64,000 nt of DNA from assembly GCA_002633005.1 (NCBI GenBank), contig NMRA01000172.1, forward strand, positions 424,348 to 488,347, written 5' to 3'. The translations under genes and the position numbers were made by a program. The notes under the pieces were generated by a model. The model searched no databases. It was not told the DNA's origin and worked only from the letters and a program-made list of their open reading frames with translations. Positions 12,985 to 26,110 of the stretch are shown piece after piece (within the stretch, counting starts at the first letter, position 1; each line of letters opens with the position of its first letter). This stretch comes from Phoronis australis (lineage: Eukaryota; Animalia; Phoronida).

Positions 12985-13104
12985 CGTCATCAAGAGCTGC
13001 GAACTGATCGTAAAGTGTTTCACATTCCATCAAAAACAACATACCTTCTTCAAGAACTGCAAACAGATCGTCAAGTGTTTCACATTCTATCACAAACAAG
13101 TTCT
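12985..13104 (-). repeat. 60-bp tandem duplication of the 3' end of kinesin exon 13045-13180, including its donor
   Basis: LFVIECETLDDLFAVLEEG|gtatgt is followed in frame by LFLMECETLYDQFAALDDG|gtaagt. Confidence 0.9.
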
Positions 13105-13180
13105 CCACGTAAAACCCTTTTGTCTTCGACCAGCGAACTTGTAGATTTCCGTGTTGATTGGGATTGAGTAGATCTATAAC
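13045..13180 (-). CDS. KIF12: Kinesin motor exon (VIDLLNPNQHGNLQVRWSKTKGFYVENLFVIECETLDDLFAVLEEG)
   Basis: Kinesin beta5/L8/alpha3 region; VRWSKxxGFYVE is KIF12-like; tatag acceptor and GTATGT donor. Confidence 0.95.
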
Positions 13181-13634
13181 CTATAAAAAGCAAATGTTAT
13201 TAAAACGATGCAAATGAGATACCCTAGTCAAGTCTACTTCAACGATAAAGTATAAAAATAACGAGACATTCATGTATAATAGTCACTACAAATTCTAAAG
13301 CGCCATAAATTAATATATTAAGAAATGCAAGAGAAATCTAATTAAGGAAAAACTGACCAAAATTAGCCCCCAACTTCAAAACCCTCAATTGCACGTATAG
13401 TTTTCATCATCCATCAACTATTTGTGCCGGAAGTGGTATCTCTGTTCATTGTCCTTAACAAACGGAAACTGTTTCCTCTGTTGACGAAATTTCCAGACGA
13501 CAAGCGCCAGTAAAAGGCCAAGTTTCAAAATTCGTCATTCCATACAATGTGTGAAACGAACCCAAAAGTACAAACGTGCAGTTCTAGTTATCCACTGCGC
13601 CACCTTTTGAGAACTTATGATGTGACAGACTTAC

Positions 13635-13784
13635 CTGTTCGTTGTAGATTTCCAAATAAGAAGCTCGTATGAAAGTTGGCGCCGCATGATTGGCGTGTCT
13701 GTCATTTATCTGTTTCATGAGATAGCGAAAGGACCGAGGAATCAATCCATAGAGGTCATGCTCCTTCGTGGGCTCATCTTGAAA
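13635..13784 (-). CDS. KIF12: Kinesin motor exon (FQDEPT...GLIPRSFRYL...RASYLEIYNEQ)
   Basis: GLIPR and SYLEIYNE motifs; GTAAGT donor. Confidence 0.95.
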
Positions 13785-14137
13785 CTAAAGAGGGACATCG
13801 TGCAATCTTTAATCATTCAATCATTCAAGCATGTAATCAATTGTTTGCTGTGAATGGTATGAGACACATTCACAGCTGTGTCACTCTTCTTCGATACTAA
13901 TACAGATATCAGTACCCACCGTGAGTTTCCATTTTCAAAGCATGACTTTCAAATTATTTTACAATAAATGGCGTATGTCAAATATCAAAGCTGTTACGGG
14001 TTCTTTTTAAGACGGTCATTCACAGCGCATTACTTTTCACACATTAAGGCAAACACTCCCGCCAAGAATTTGATAAACGTAAGTGCAGAGCTAATCTGAG
14101 CAAATATTGCACAAGTGTTAGGTGTATAGATGCATAC

Positions 14138-14213
14138 CAACTGCGGCGGTCCCGTGATGGTATGCGTTTTTCCAGAGCCAGTTTGACCAAAGGCGAAGGT
14201 GGTACACGAGTAC
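14138..14213 (-). CDS. KIF12: Kinesin P-loop exon (YSCTTFAFGQTGSGKTHTITGPPQL)
   Basis: Walker A motif GQTGSGKT. Confidence 0.95.
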
Positions 14214-15051
14214 CTGGAATAGTACAGATAAAAATCAAAGAAACACTCCCATACGCACTGAAAATGTTGGACAAGTTTCTTAAGTCGCGAAAAGCGTTGA
14301 CGGTATGGCCTCAGTCATAAATACTAAGTTCCTTTCATGAAAATCGGGCATAAACTACTCGATGAGTAGTAAATGTTGGAGAAATAAAATAGGAATCTAA
14401 AAGAAATGGAAAAATTTGGCAATATATTTAAGCTGACTTGTCAGTAATTCAAAACTGAGGCCTTCCGATTGGAGCATAATGGGATTTCTCCACGGCAAAA
14501 CAATGTTCACACACTAAGTCACAATCAATTGCTTTTCTCGTGACTCCCTGGTAAAAATTTATCTGCATTTATTGTCGAGGCACCATGTAGCGTAATGCAA
14601 AATGGATTTTTTTCTCTTCGCGGGTCTCTAGGTCAAAGGTCACAGGGTCAAAAATGACCCTATGCTGATGACTCATTAAAGGCTTTAAGAGCTTACTGCA
14701 TACTGATTTCACCAGAAATCAATGCCGGGCATAACAAAATACTAGAACACCGAAACAACGATATAAACACTTGGATATCCCGTGAAAAATTCAAATGTCT
14801 TGTGGAAAACATATTTAGGATAAAAGCCCATGAACAAAAAAAATGTTTTCCAATTCTGTTCCCTTTTTTGTAAAATGCATGAACAGCGTCCACTAGACTG
14901 TTATGAGGTATATATATACAAGTCGTCGAGTTGTGATTAAAAAAAATTGGTTGATTTTAGATAAATTGGCACACCAGGGAATGCAGTACCTTTTCAATGT
15001 TCTTTGTTCATACAATTATTATTATCACAAAACACTTAACAAAACGCTTAC

Positions 15052-15173
15052 CCGTTTATTGCCATGTCAATGAGTTTAGTTATTCCAGAGTGGTCGAAAA
15101 CATCTTGTTGACTAGCTTCCGGCTCAAATACCACGTTGAACGTAAACGGTCTGGTGGAACCATTGGTCTCCAT
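15052..15173 (-). CDS. KIF12: Kinesin motor exon (METNGSTRPFTFNVVFEPEASQQDVFDHSGITKLIDMAING)
   Basis: FTFxxVFxxxASQxxVF motif; GTAAGC donor. Confidence 0.95.
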
Positions 15174-18100
15174 CTAAGACAGAGATTTGACTTTTTTGAC
15201 GCTATATTGAGATATGCAGAGTCGTGGGCGAGTATGGGGCTCGGTCTTGCTAATCTAGCACTTTCCCCTTAAGAGTACATGGATTCGTAGGATGGACAAA
15301 TGACAACCCACAAATCTACAGTGAGCTATTGATACTAATTCTTGTATCCTTTAAATGAGGTGTCGATTGCGTTAAAACAAACAGTAGGCTGAATAAATGC
15401 AAAGACGTGTCTGCACCATCCAATTTTTACTGTTCATACTAGGACATTAATAAGAGGAGATTTTGCTCGAACATCTCGAACTATAGTCACACAAACACGT
15501 ACATGTAAGTATCAAAGTAGGCAAACGAACGCCTAGTCAGACCATCGCATGAATTAAGGAATCAAATAAGTTGACCAAAGCGGTAAAGCAGCGTGCATTA
15601 TTAATAATAAAATGTTTATTGCTATTTTATTAAATGCACATTTTGCGCATTAAGTTGGAATTTGTTGATTATGTTGGGAATATCACATATTAATCAAAGA
15701 AATGGTTCAGTTTATTTACAACAACCTAAAGGCCGCCATCTTGTGACAACTCTAACTCTAGGTTGCACTGTACAACTAGATTGTAGCCGCAGGTGGGCGT
15801 TTTGTACTGCCTATAAATTCAATACTTGGATAGGCCTGGGGTTTGGCGGTAGTTTTGAGGTATGCATTACTAGAACGTTCAGTGAACCAGGTTTGCTTGA
15901 ATATGTGAACATGCCAGTGAATGAGAAAAGTCCATTGAGTTCGGAATCTGAAGCGATTTGAGATAAAATGACTCACACTTGAACATTTTCATTTTTTGAT
16001 AGAGTTTTCGACAGAGTGGACGAAAGGCGGCAAGCCCAGTGATGCAATGCACAAACACTCACATACGTAGGCAAATCCCAGTAGTGATTGACTAGGCTTG
16101 TTCACCTCGAGTTATAGTGACTAAGGTTCTGAAAGAGGTTCCAACTGAAATCGCCTTTCACATACAATCCCATGAAAATAACATTCACTAGATATCCCAA
16201 GTGACCCAAGGGTCCTTCCCATAGAAATGTCTGCATTTAGGTAAATTGTGTGAATCCCTTAACACAAACTCGTCCTATGCTGATGAGCTGCCTTCTGCTC
16301 TCAATCAAATAGATGTCAACAGGGGCTCTTTATTTGTTAGCCCCATGCACTGAGCATCGAATCGTTCGTACCTAATTATTGAAAACAAGAATGTTACCCC
16401 GCTTTATGGAGGCCCAGTCACAAAGTGTTATTTCAAAATTCCAACGGAGCAACGCTGTGCGTTGAATGGGTATCTTTTGCTGGGATCGTTTTTACTTTTT
16501 GGCAGTTGTACTCAATGCAAGGTCAATATGCCCACCGATGTTCAGTCCCGGCACCGGTACATACGTGTAATTACAAAATATATACAGAACAGTGTATCGA
16601 CATTAGATGTGCCTTCTCCGAAATGATAATTTGCAGTGAGGTTTTGTGACAATTACCTTTCCCATACCAGAATACCAGCTACTATAAGTTACATATCGTC
16701 AACTGGTCGAGAGCAATTAGCAAACGAATCCGATATAATGGGTTTCATAAAATCAATAAACTCAATTGCGACATTGCATATCGTGTCAACTTGTTGCAAT
16801 AGAAGTGGCTCGTAATTTGATATCAGTGTGTTCACGGCATATTGCAGCGTATTACGTAATTGCGTTTCCAGTGACTTCCAGTTGATGAAACAAAGCATGT
16901 CTTAACAACTTATCCATAGTTGTTCCACCTACGATAATGATCAAAAATCATCTCACCTGTTTACAGAGCATTAACACTATATTAAAAAGACGCATACACT
17001 GTTAAAATGCCAATACCTTAATGCACATAAAATTCCTTAAATGTATAGACGCGGTTTCTTTTATTTCACTGACAGCGATTTTTCAGCGTGTTTATATTTA
17101 CCGATCAATGCTATTAATTTGTCAACCCCGTTCTTCATAGTTCGTTTAGTGAATAGTGTGTTTTTAATGTTTATAACGAAATCTTCAATACAATGAGTAT
17201 ACATTGCTCAGAAAGCTCCAAGAGGCATCATATCTGGGTTAAACAAATACAAAGAAATGTATGAACAATTATTATACACAAATACATAGATTAAAAAACT
17301 GATGTTAAGATTACAATAACAAATGATTACGAATCTAAATAAATCATTTTCATACACAATAACTTATTTTACATGTATACAATTCTATCCACTCACACAA
17401 AGAGATTTAGTATTGTAAAGAAATTTTGATAAAACATTTGAGTTGAGTTCTTGACATCCATATAGAAAAAAATTATTATTGCCATACATTTCAGGAATAT
17501 CGGAATATTTTTTGTACTTGGGGTATTGTTTGAGTGTCTACAAAAGCTGTACCCTCTGCTTCTTGCATACCTCACAAGCAAAGAAAACATCACCATTTGT
17601 CTGAGAGACTCCACAGGAACACAGGCAAAATATTATGTAAATTATGTATAAATTTCTCGTTGTTTCGGAATAGACCGCATCTTGATCTGTATAGGATTAT
17701 TTCACGGTTGCGAGGAAGTTGGAATGATATCAATGGGACTGGTGTGTTCTGCTTGTCAACAGTTCAAAACCCAAGAAGTTAAACTATTCACTGTTCGAAG
17801 GTCTTGTAAATAATAACCAATAAGATGTCAAGTGAAAGTATATCAAGATTTCTTAAACCCACACGGGAAAAGTTGCATTAGTTTAAATAGCGTCCAATAG
17901 TCCTCAAACCTGAAGATAACTCGTTCTAGAACTAACTTGTTCTAAAAAAGTCTGTGTGTGAACGGTGTAACGCCGCCGACACGCTGAAACTAGATAAGTC
18001 TTATCACCTCTATGATTGTCCCGGCTGATTGTGCCTCACTGGCAAACATGCCGACGAATCAGAGAGTGATAAGGTAAGTGAATGAAAGGGTTTCATTATC

Positions 18101-18840
18101 GTAACGTTTCGACAACTAGAATGAAGATAAAGAAAACAGACCTAGTCCACGGCGCTCACAGGAATGTACTTTCGACTGATCGGCTATTGAAGAACCCAGT
18201 AGTGGCAACCGCCATGATCTAAGTGATGGCGTCGTGTGATCGCGCGGCAAATTTCCTGCACGTTTGGCAATACTTAGTTCAATAATGTCTATTAATGCAG
18301 TCTGAAATGTTTTGAATTGTACAGTTTTCTCTATTTTTACATTACAGTGACATGAATTAACACCCAGTGCTATAGTTAACTAGCGTTTGGCACAATTTGC
18401 CAAAAAAACCACAAAGCAGTCGTTGTTTAGAACTTTGACTAAACCACAAAATATCAGCACTAACAAATTACTTAGTTAAAAAAACGCTGATTTTGAGATG
18501 AGTTTCTGTTATTCTAACGTTAACACGACACATCAAATTTCACACTTTTGAATTAAAACATGACGAAATCCCGAAATTTGAGAACAATTAAGCATGACCT
18601 GGTCCCAGATATTACGTCTAAACTCATACTAGAAATTTTAGCATTTACGGTGTACGATTATCCTCAAAGCATGACAATTGAATTGGTCAATTTTCGAATC
18701 GAGTAATATTTTTTACATAGCTTAGTAATTTTAAACGCCATGATCTAATTAATTTTCTTAAATTTCCGTTTGAATTTAATTAGAATGTATCCAACACATT
18801 AAATTGCGTCATTCTAAACACAATTGTAAACCTTACACGT

Positions 18841-19105
18841 CATGCGCGCACCCGGGGGGGTGGGGCTCGGGGACTTCGAACGAGCCCCCCATTTGGCGAA
18901 ATGGGCAAAATGGTCCGCCTCTGAGACACAAAAAGTCCGTGAAAATGAAACAAAAGTCCACCAAAAGTCCACTAAACAAGCGCAAAACGCAATTTACAGT
19001 GTTGGCCCCGTTTTTTTAGTCCGCCCGCATTTTTGTTACCAAAAGGTCCACAACGTCAGGAATTCGAGCCCCCCATATTGCCAGTGGAGGCTAGGTGCGC
19101 GCATG
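18841..19105. mobile_element. GC-rich non-autonomous TIR element
   Basis: Ends CATGCGCGCACC...GGTGCGCGCATG (12-bp inverted repeat); no clear TSD. Confidence 0.65.
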
Positions 19106-20039
19106 CTCGTACATTACATTGCATTACATTTGCCGTTTTGCCGCGAATTAAAACTCGTGGATAGTGACGGATTCTAATTTATCAAGGAAAAAACTTCACG
19201 TCTCATTCGCAAAAACGCAAGTTGTTTGATAATCCAAACAGCATAACGTTATCGCATTCTAGTGAAATACTTCGTCAACTCGACCTTTTGAGATCAAACT
19301 CTCGTATTCTCACAGTACGCTGTTGGAGCTTAAGTAGCACAAAACCATAATCCGTGTATACGCAGTACCCGTATGTAAATATACATGTACACCATACACA
19401 GCTATAAACACAGGAGTTAAGCATAAATTTGCATCGCGTTCGTATAGAGAAAAAAACGGACATATGTTGCACAAGCAGGTTTTGCTAATATAATGAGAAG
19501 ACTTCCGTTATAATTGCCTTGAAACTGGGTTTCTCCGGGGCCCAGGAGTACCACGCGTCTTTTTCTCCAAAGGTAAGTATCGATTAAGAAGGAAATTGGC
19601 TGCAAGCACAGTTAATGAAAATTTCGAAGACGAAAAAGTACTAATCAAAGGGTAGATGGCCTTCTGCCCCCCTAAACGTTTTAGTTCGACATTGGTTAAA
19701 CGTGTTAAGGGTAAAAAAGGAACTCGACCTATTAGAATGCCACTGGACCCAAGCCATGAGATGAAAAAAAATTAATGAGTACATGACTTGGTAGCCTCAT
19801 GTTAAGCGGCCTTTACTTTGTTGCGTAAGCAAAGGTTTCCAGCACTTAAAATGAATAAGTAAGGCAGTCATAGCCGAATACTTGATACTATACTTCGGAA
19901 GATTTCTACAGCATTTGATTAATCCGGCAATGATACTTGAGATTTTACATCGCACCGATAGTATCGACGGACGTCAAATTTAAGTTATCTCACCCCAAAC
20001 ATTTCGTCAACAAAAAATTTACCGTTTTCAATGATTCTT

Positions 20040-20110
20040 TGTGTGTGTGTGTGTGCGTGTGCGTGCGCGCGCGCGCGTGTGTGTGTGTGTGCGTGTGCGT
20101 GCGCGCGCGC

Positions 20111-20141
<31 letters not shown>

Positions 20142-20169
20142 TGCGTGTGTGAGCGTGTGTGAGTGTGTG
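20040..20169. repeat. (GT)n/(GC)n/(GCGT)n alternating purine-pyrimidine repeat
   Basis: Directly visible. Confidence 0.95.
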
Positions 20170-20364
20170 GACATGTCCTTGCTGATGTAAACGCATTAAG
20201 GTGGAACTTATCACTTGAAATCGAACTGGAAAACATGTTTGACCCTTTCTGTTCTACTGAATACCAACTTGAAACGCGTTTCTATAGTTCTTTGCTTGAA
20301 TAAACTATGGTTTACATGTACATGGATGACTGTGTAAATGTATATTTACATTGGATTACACCAG

Positions 20365-20620
20365 CATTAAAGTTGAAGTTTCTAATTAGAACTCAAAATA
20401 TCGAGTTTTTACTCAAAATCTCCAACTTCTACTCGAGATTGTAGCTCGGGTCTTGGGGTTACCAAGTGCAAGCTTGAATTTGACATTCATTCGCGTAAAC
20501 CATAATGTACTTGAGTAAAGAACAATGGACAGATATTTTAGTTTTTATTAAAATGGAGTGGAAAATGACAAAAATATTGTCGACTTCGATTTCGAGCAAA
20601 ACGAAAAGACCCTTGGGTCT
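20365..20620. mobile_element. Degenerate copy of the MITE family at 36844-37244 (approximate bounds)
   Basis: Shares the tcgagtttttactc...tgtagc...ataatgta segment with 37045-37145. Confidence 0.55.
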
Positions 20621-21986
20621 GTTTTATAAAAAGACATTTGGTTTTACGCTCCAAACAAATATTTCAGAAAAATATAATAATTAAATCTGACTTCAGAGAA
20701 CATACAGATTGCTGCTAGTCACAATGTACTGAGATAGTGTCTATAGGTTAGCTCTATACAGGTGAAGCGGCATTCATAATTACTTGGCCAAACCCTTTTT
20801 TAGCAACAATGAAATGGGAGCCCCACTATATTTCTGCCTGAAGTCATTCGTGAAATAGACACCTGGTCGCATTGCTGATGTGTGGCTTTAAGATATTCAG
20901 CACTCAAATTGAACAACAAATTTTTGCAAAGTGAACCGAACAGCTAATGTGTTCTGGAAAAGAAATAGATACACCCATTGTGCGTCTTATGTAAAGTGTA
21001 TATCCAACAAAACCGTCTAGTAATATACAGGAACCATGAAACTTTCACCCAGTACTAGCTTTTCAGGAGATTTTCTAAGGAACGCATGGCAGCAGGTGAT
21101 GCGTTAAAACGGAAAATCGTGTTGCTGTCTAAAGAGATAAGATAACAGAAATAAATGTGTAATGACAATTTTGACCGAACGATCATGTATTTACATCCAT
21201 TTGTAAGTCTAAATTGCGTTCACATGTACTAAGTGTAAATTCGCACGTGTATAATTTTACATTTTCACGACCTCAGAAGGCAGTCTCAATGTAAACTCAA
21301 GTGAAGCTTTACAAATGGGTGTATTTTCGTTGACACAAAAATAAATATACACTTGTGTGTAAATAAAGCAATATAGTTGGGTGAAAACAACATCATACAG
21401 ACAGGCTTTAAGTCGGCGACCCCCTAATTTTTCGTCTTGTGTGGGTATCAAAATAAACATTAAAGAAATAAGTAACGTTGTTTAAGTCAAAACGCTAAAG
21501 ATTCGTCAAAAAACGTTTACTCGTGACCTAAGAAAATCAGTGACTTGGGCAACATAATTAAAGAGGCCCTCAATCATTAATTTAATTTAAGGTGACTTTA
21601 TGTAACCCATGTAAATTTCAATTTTTCCTTAAGTGCCTCTGTTTACGCGGTTTCAATGGAAAACTAATTCGATGGTTTCTCGTGTTAGCATTTTTGTAAA
21701 AGGCAAAGACGAAAATTTGAAAAAAATCAAATATAGATTAAATCTGTGTCGAAACCCTCCCTTTAAATCAACAAGCCTAACGTAGCAATAAATTAATTTC
21801 TCAGCTTCTGGCGAAACAGCTTTGTATTCAAACGACTTACAATGTATGAATAGAAACCGTTGTGTTACAAAAGCAGTACCACCAATGGTACAGACAATAA
21901 CATATTGATGTCCTCAGCCTCAAACGATACCAAAACATCATCAGACGTTTATTCTCGTGTTATTTTCCATTATAACTGCAACTTAC

Positions 21987-22065
21987 CCACAAGGCGCCCT
22001 CTCCCGGAAACTGGATGCTGGTACCATCTTTTTTGTCAAGTTCTTGCTTACTGAGCGGTCTAACT
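21987..22065 (-). CDS. KIF12: Kinesin motor exon (VRPLSKQELDKKDGTSIQFPGEGALW)
   Basis: Completes RVRP; tttcag acceptor and GTAAGT donor; phase 2 to 0. Confidence 0.92.
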
Positions 22066-22489
22066 CTGAAAGAGTAATAGGCGTGCTTTCACATCAACAA
22101 TGTCTATTGATCACATTAAAATGAGCATCGATTTCGTAAATCATCGAAGATAGAATTGATAGCTCCATTTTTTGAAATCTCAAAACCACATCAGGTTAAC
22201 TATAAGGCCTACAAAAACTTGCAAACTTCGAAATATCGTATCTCAGAAATGGCTGCTCGGATATCAATGAAGTTATCAGAAACTTTGATTCGGAATTATC
22301 TTCAAAAATTATTACTTTTCCAAAAATCAGGGAATTTAAGACTTTTATAAAAACTCAAAAACTCAAACAGAAGCTATAATTTAGAAAAAATTGTAACAGC
22401 TGTTTTAAAATGTCATACCGAAATAAATCAGTCTTTTGATTCCGATGTTTTGGTAGAGTAAGTGATCAATTGTAATGAGACGTACACTC

Positions 22490-22824
22490 CATACATACAT
22501 ACATACACACATACACACATACATACATACATACATACACACACATACACACATACATACATACATAAATACATACATACATACATACATACATAAATAC
22601 ATACATACATACATACATACATAAATACATACATACATACATACATACATACATACATACACACATACATACACACATACACATATACATACATAAATAC
22701 ATACATACGTACATACATAAATACATACATACATACATACATACACATGTACACACATACATACATACATAAATACATACATACACACATACATATATAC
22801 ATACGTGCATACATACATACATAC
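22490..22824. repeat. Long (CATA)n/(CA)n microsatellite
   Basis: Directly visible. Confidence 0.95.
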
Positions 22825-25800
22825 GACAAAATACTCAAATCCACAGAGCTTAATTGTCATTTTAGGTTGAAAAAGAATTGCACTTAGCATTTGCGTATGG
22901 TATGATTACGTCTACGCTTGTACGCTGACTGAAAATTGAATCTAGTGAATCGTACAAGATACAGCTCAAACGATAACATTTGACTAGGTTTATAGCCCGG
23001 TAACAGTTTTCAAAGAGCTTAATTATTATTCTTTTTATTTTGCAATTTGATTTTTACTCAAATGAGTCCATAACGTCAAAATGATGACTACTAAACTCGA
23101 GAATAAACTTACGCTTTCTGTTATTAAAATTACCAAGTTTTTATAAGTGGACGGTCTTATGGCGTGAGAATTTCTGAAAGGCTGGTTCAAAACTACACTT
23201 AATTCTCAAATAAATCATTTTATATTGATAAACCTCATTATTTATTTGAAGAAATAGCAAGTCATTGGTTTCCCTTTCGATTCTTTCACTGAACCTTTTC
23301 ACGGAATTAACCGTTAACGCGAAAAGAACCCTTTCAGTTACGCACAGAGTAGTTACATCACAAATAATCAAATGAGGCAGTATTGTGTATTAATACAAGT
23401 TTCTTTTCCGGTCTTGCGTAAGTGTGTATAAACTTCATAACTCATCACAGAGGGATTGTAGAGAGTGTCAAACCAACTGGAAAATACATTACCATTGGAC
23501 AAAAACATACTTTCCCCATTTTCTCCCTGTCATGTTTTACTGAAATTGTCATGGCTTGGTTCTAAGGTATTAAGATATTACCAATTCAGCGGGAACCTTT
23601 CCATTAAGCTTGTTTTAGTATAAACTCGTTAAATTGTATTGTTGGCATGATAAAAATATTGAACAACATTTATACCGGGACGCGTGCAATAGACCTGCCA
23701 CTGACTTCACAAACACATGGCTGCGCATGACACTGCGATGACGCGACCAGGTTCTGTCACATCAAGACGAACAAAATATGTCTTCCATCCATTCGTCGAG
23801 TCTTCGATAGGGGGCCTCCAACTGTTTATATAATGAATTCCCACAGTCGATGCATTGTCCTTAGTAACAATCATAATCGCCTGCTGTATGCAGGGCTTAA
23901 CTTGGCCAGACACCTGGTAATAGGTTAATTACAAATTTGTCATAATGGCTGATTGGTAACGATCACTATTGTTAGATTGAGTAGCATAAACAAAAAGGTT
24001 GATTAACATTATTTATATTGAATGTGTTTCTCGCTTGGTATAGTTGGCCACTGTAATGGTTGGCCGCAGCAGTTTCAGTTTTGTTTGTCTTTAATGATGG
24101 ACGACAAAAGGAATACTCAAGCCTACCTGCATACGCATTGCACAGATTCAGTAGTCATGAATACTCTGCGAACAATTCTAACTCCACATCATTCTAAATT
24201 TCTATGCGGATACAGTTCATCGTAGCACCAACTGGTCTGTCGCTTGTTCCTGATATCAGTTTGCTGTGTCGAGAGCCACTACACTAAACACGACGGTGAG
24301 GATTACATCGGCTCATATCATCGATATTTGTCCGAAATGTGTCGAGTTGCGCCTCAGGTGCGATAAGAAACGAAGTATAGTAACATTAAATTCGATTTAA
24401 AACTAATCCTCTAGTTTGCAAAGGAGATATACCGAACTAATACCTCCACTTATTATCACACGCAGAGTTTGCGTGTAGATTAAAATTTCGCCACGAACTT
24501 TGAAACTGCGCCATAAATGAGAGAATTTTAAATGTCAAGCACGTTCTCCAAGACTCTTGAAGTATTTCATTGTCAAAAGTCCCACACTGTGGACACCTTC
24601 ATGTCCTCGTATCGCTAATGCCGCGTGATGTACCTGTACAGCGAAGTTGCATTTATCACAGAAAGTTATGTACACAGTATCGAGAAAATCTTATGTATAC
24701 CCTCCCTATACAACCAATCGCCAGCAGTTTACTCGACTCAATAGCAGGTAGTGAATGGACACGGGTTTCAATATTTGCTAAAAGGACTACTTCCGCTGTT
24801 GCTATCCATTAAACCTCTCATCAATTGACCGGCTGCCGGCCATGCCTTGTTTAGACGCGGACTACTTGGTCACCAAGAGAACATACAGTACGATCTAGCA
24901 CAACTTGGTGTTTTAAAGATCCCCAAACCTTAAAATAGGCATGGCGGTTTTGTGTTCGAATGCTCTCTTCGAATGTTTTCAAACAATTGACCAAAGTGTT
25001 CAATTCGCATGCCACGTGATGCTGTAGTTATCAAGCTTAAGATTTTCAGGGTGATATCTGGCATTTTTGAAGGATCAGTTTCATTAAACTTTGTCAAATC
25101 GCATTGTATTGCTCTCAGTAGAATATTAAACTGTCAACCGTCGTCGGACCTAAGACCATGGATAATGCTCTGTGGTATAGCCACATGACGAACATGTATT
25201 GTTCCGATATCCAATTGTTTGAGAGCACTTTGTTGAGTAAATACAAACTACAACAGTTCCCTACTAATGTTAGTGCAAACACAACTGCCCTGGCATCAAA
25301 ACTCATTATATACCTTCGGAGCAACATAAACATAGGCAGAATATTTAGAGTTTCGTCATACTGATCGGAAATTGCCTTGCTTGTTAGTACACATTTTCGT
25401 AAACATGAGTTTGCTGTGATTCAACATCACATCGACAGGTGACGCCCTAACCTTGAACTAGCAAACTCTGGGTTTCAGTGGCCAGAGCACTAACCAAACA
25501 ACTCCAGTTGGGGACAACTGAAGGCTCATAGTGAGGCATCTCTTAATGATCTGCTTCAGGAACAACGTCCCGTGTATCATTACATTTCCTGAGTAAAAGA
25601 ATCAAACATATAATGTAAGATGAGTGCAACCTTATCTCTGAGGCACGTTCATATACCAAAAAAAATTCCAGAAAAATTCCGGATTTTTAGGACTTTTGGA
25701 TTCAAGATTAATCATACAATCGTCTGCGTAGTTCCTGGTCGTACGGTTGAGCGTCCAAGATACCACGCATTTGCAGCCACCAAGCAATCGGTGGGCAATT

Positions 25801-26032
25801 GTCACACTTTGATTGAAATTGAAGACGAATGGAAGTGATGATGGCGAATTAGCTTCTGACCAATTTAGTCGCCTGTGATATCACTATTTTATTATTTCGC
25901 ATAAAAAACCTCGCACAAGATTTAAACTCGTCTTGTTCAATTCCTGTTGTGGTATTTTAGTTCATATTATTTCGTATATGTCGTTCTGTTTTCGGTGCAG
26001 GGATTTCTGAAGACTTCGATTTTAATACTCAC

Positions 26033-26110
26033 CTCACCACCACGTTGATATTGTCTCCTTCCGCGCCGTCATCTTGGTCCACCGCTGACGTTGAAGACGC
26101 GGCACTATCC
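26033..26110 (-). CDS. KIF12: Kinesin motor start exon (DSAASSTSAVDQDDGAEGDNINVVVR)
   Basis: NIxVVVR beta1 motif; ttacag acceptor and GTGAGT donor; phase 2-2. Confidence 0.92.

Noticed and set aside
19937-20236. CV- and HT-repeat ORFs
   Set aside because: Translations of the (GT/GC)n microsatellite.
22405-22890. Three overlapping MYVC-repeat ORFs
   Set aside because: Translations of the (CATA)n microsatellite.
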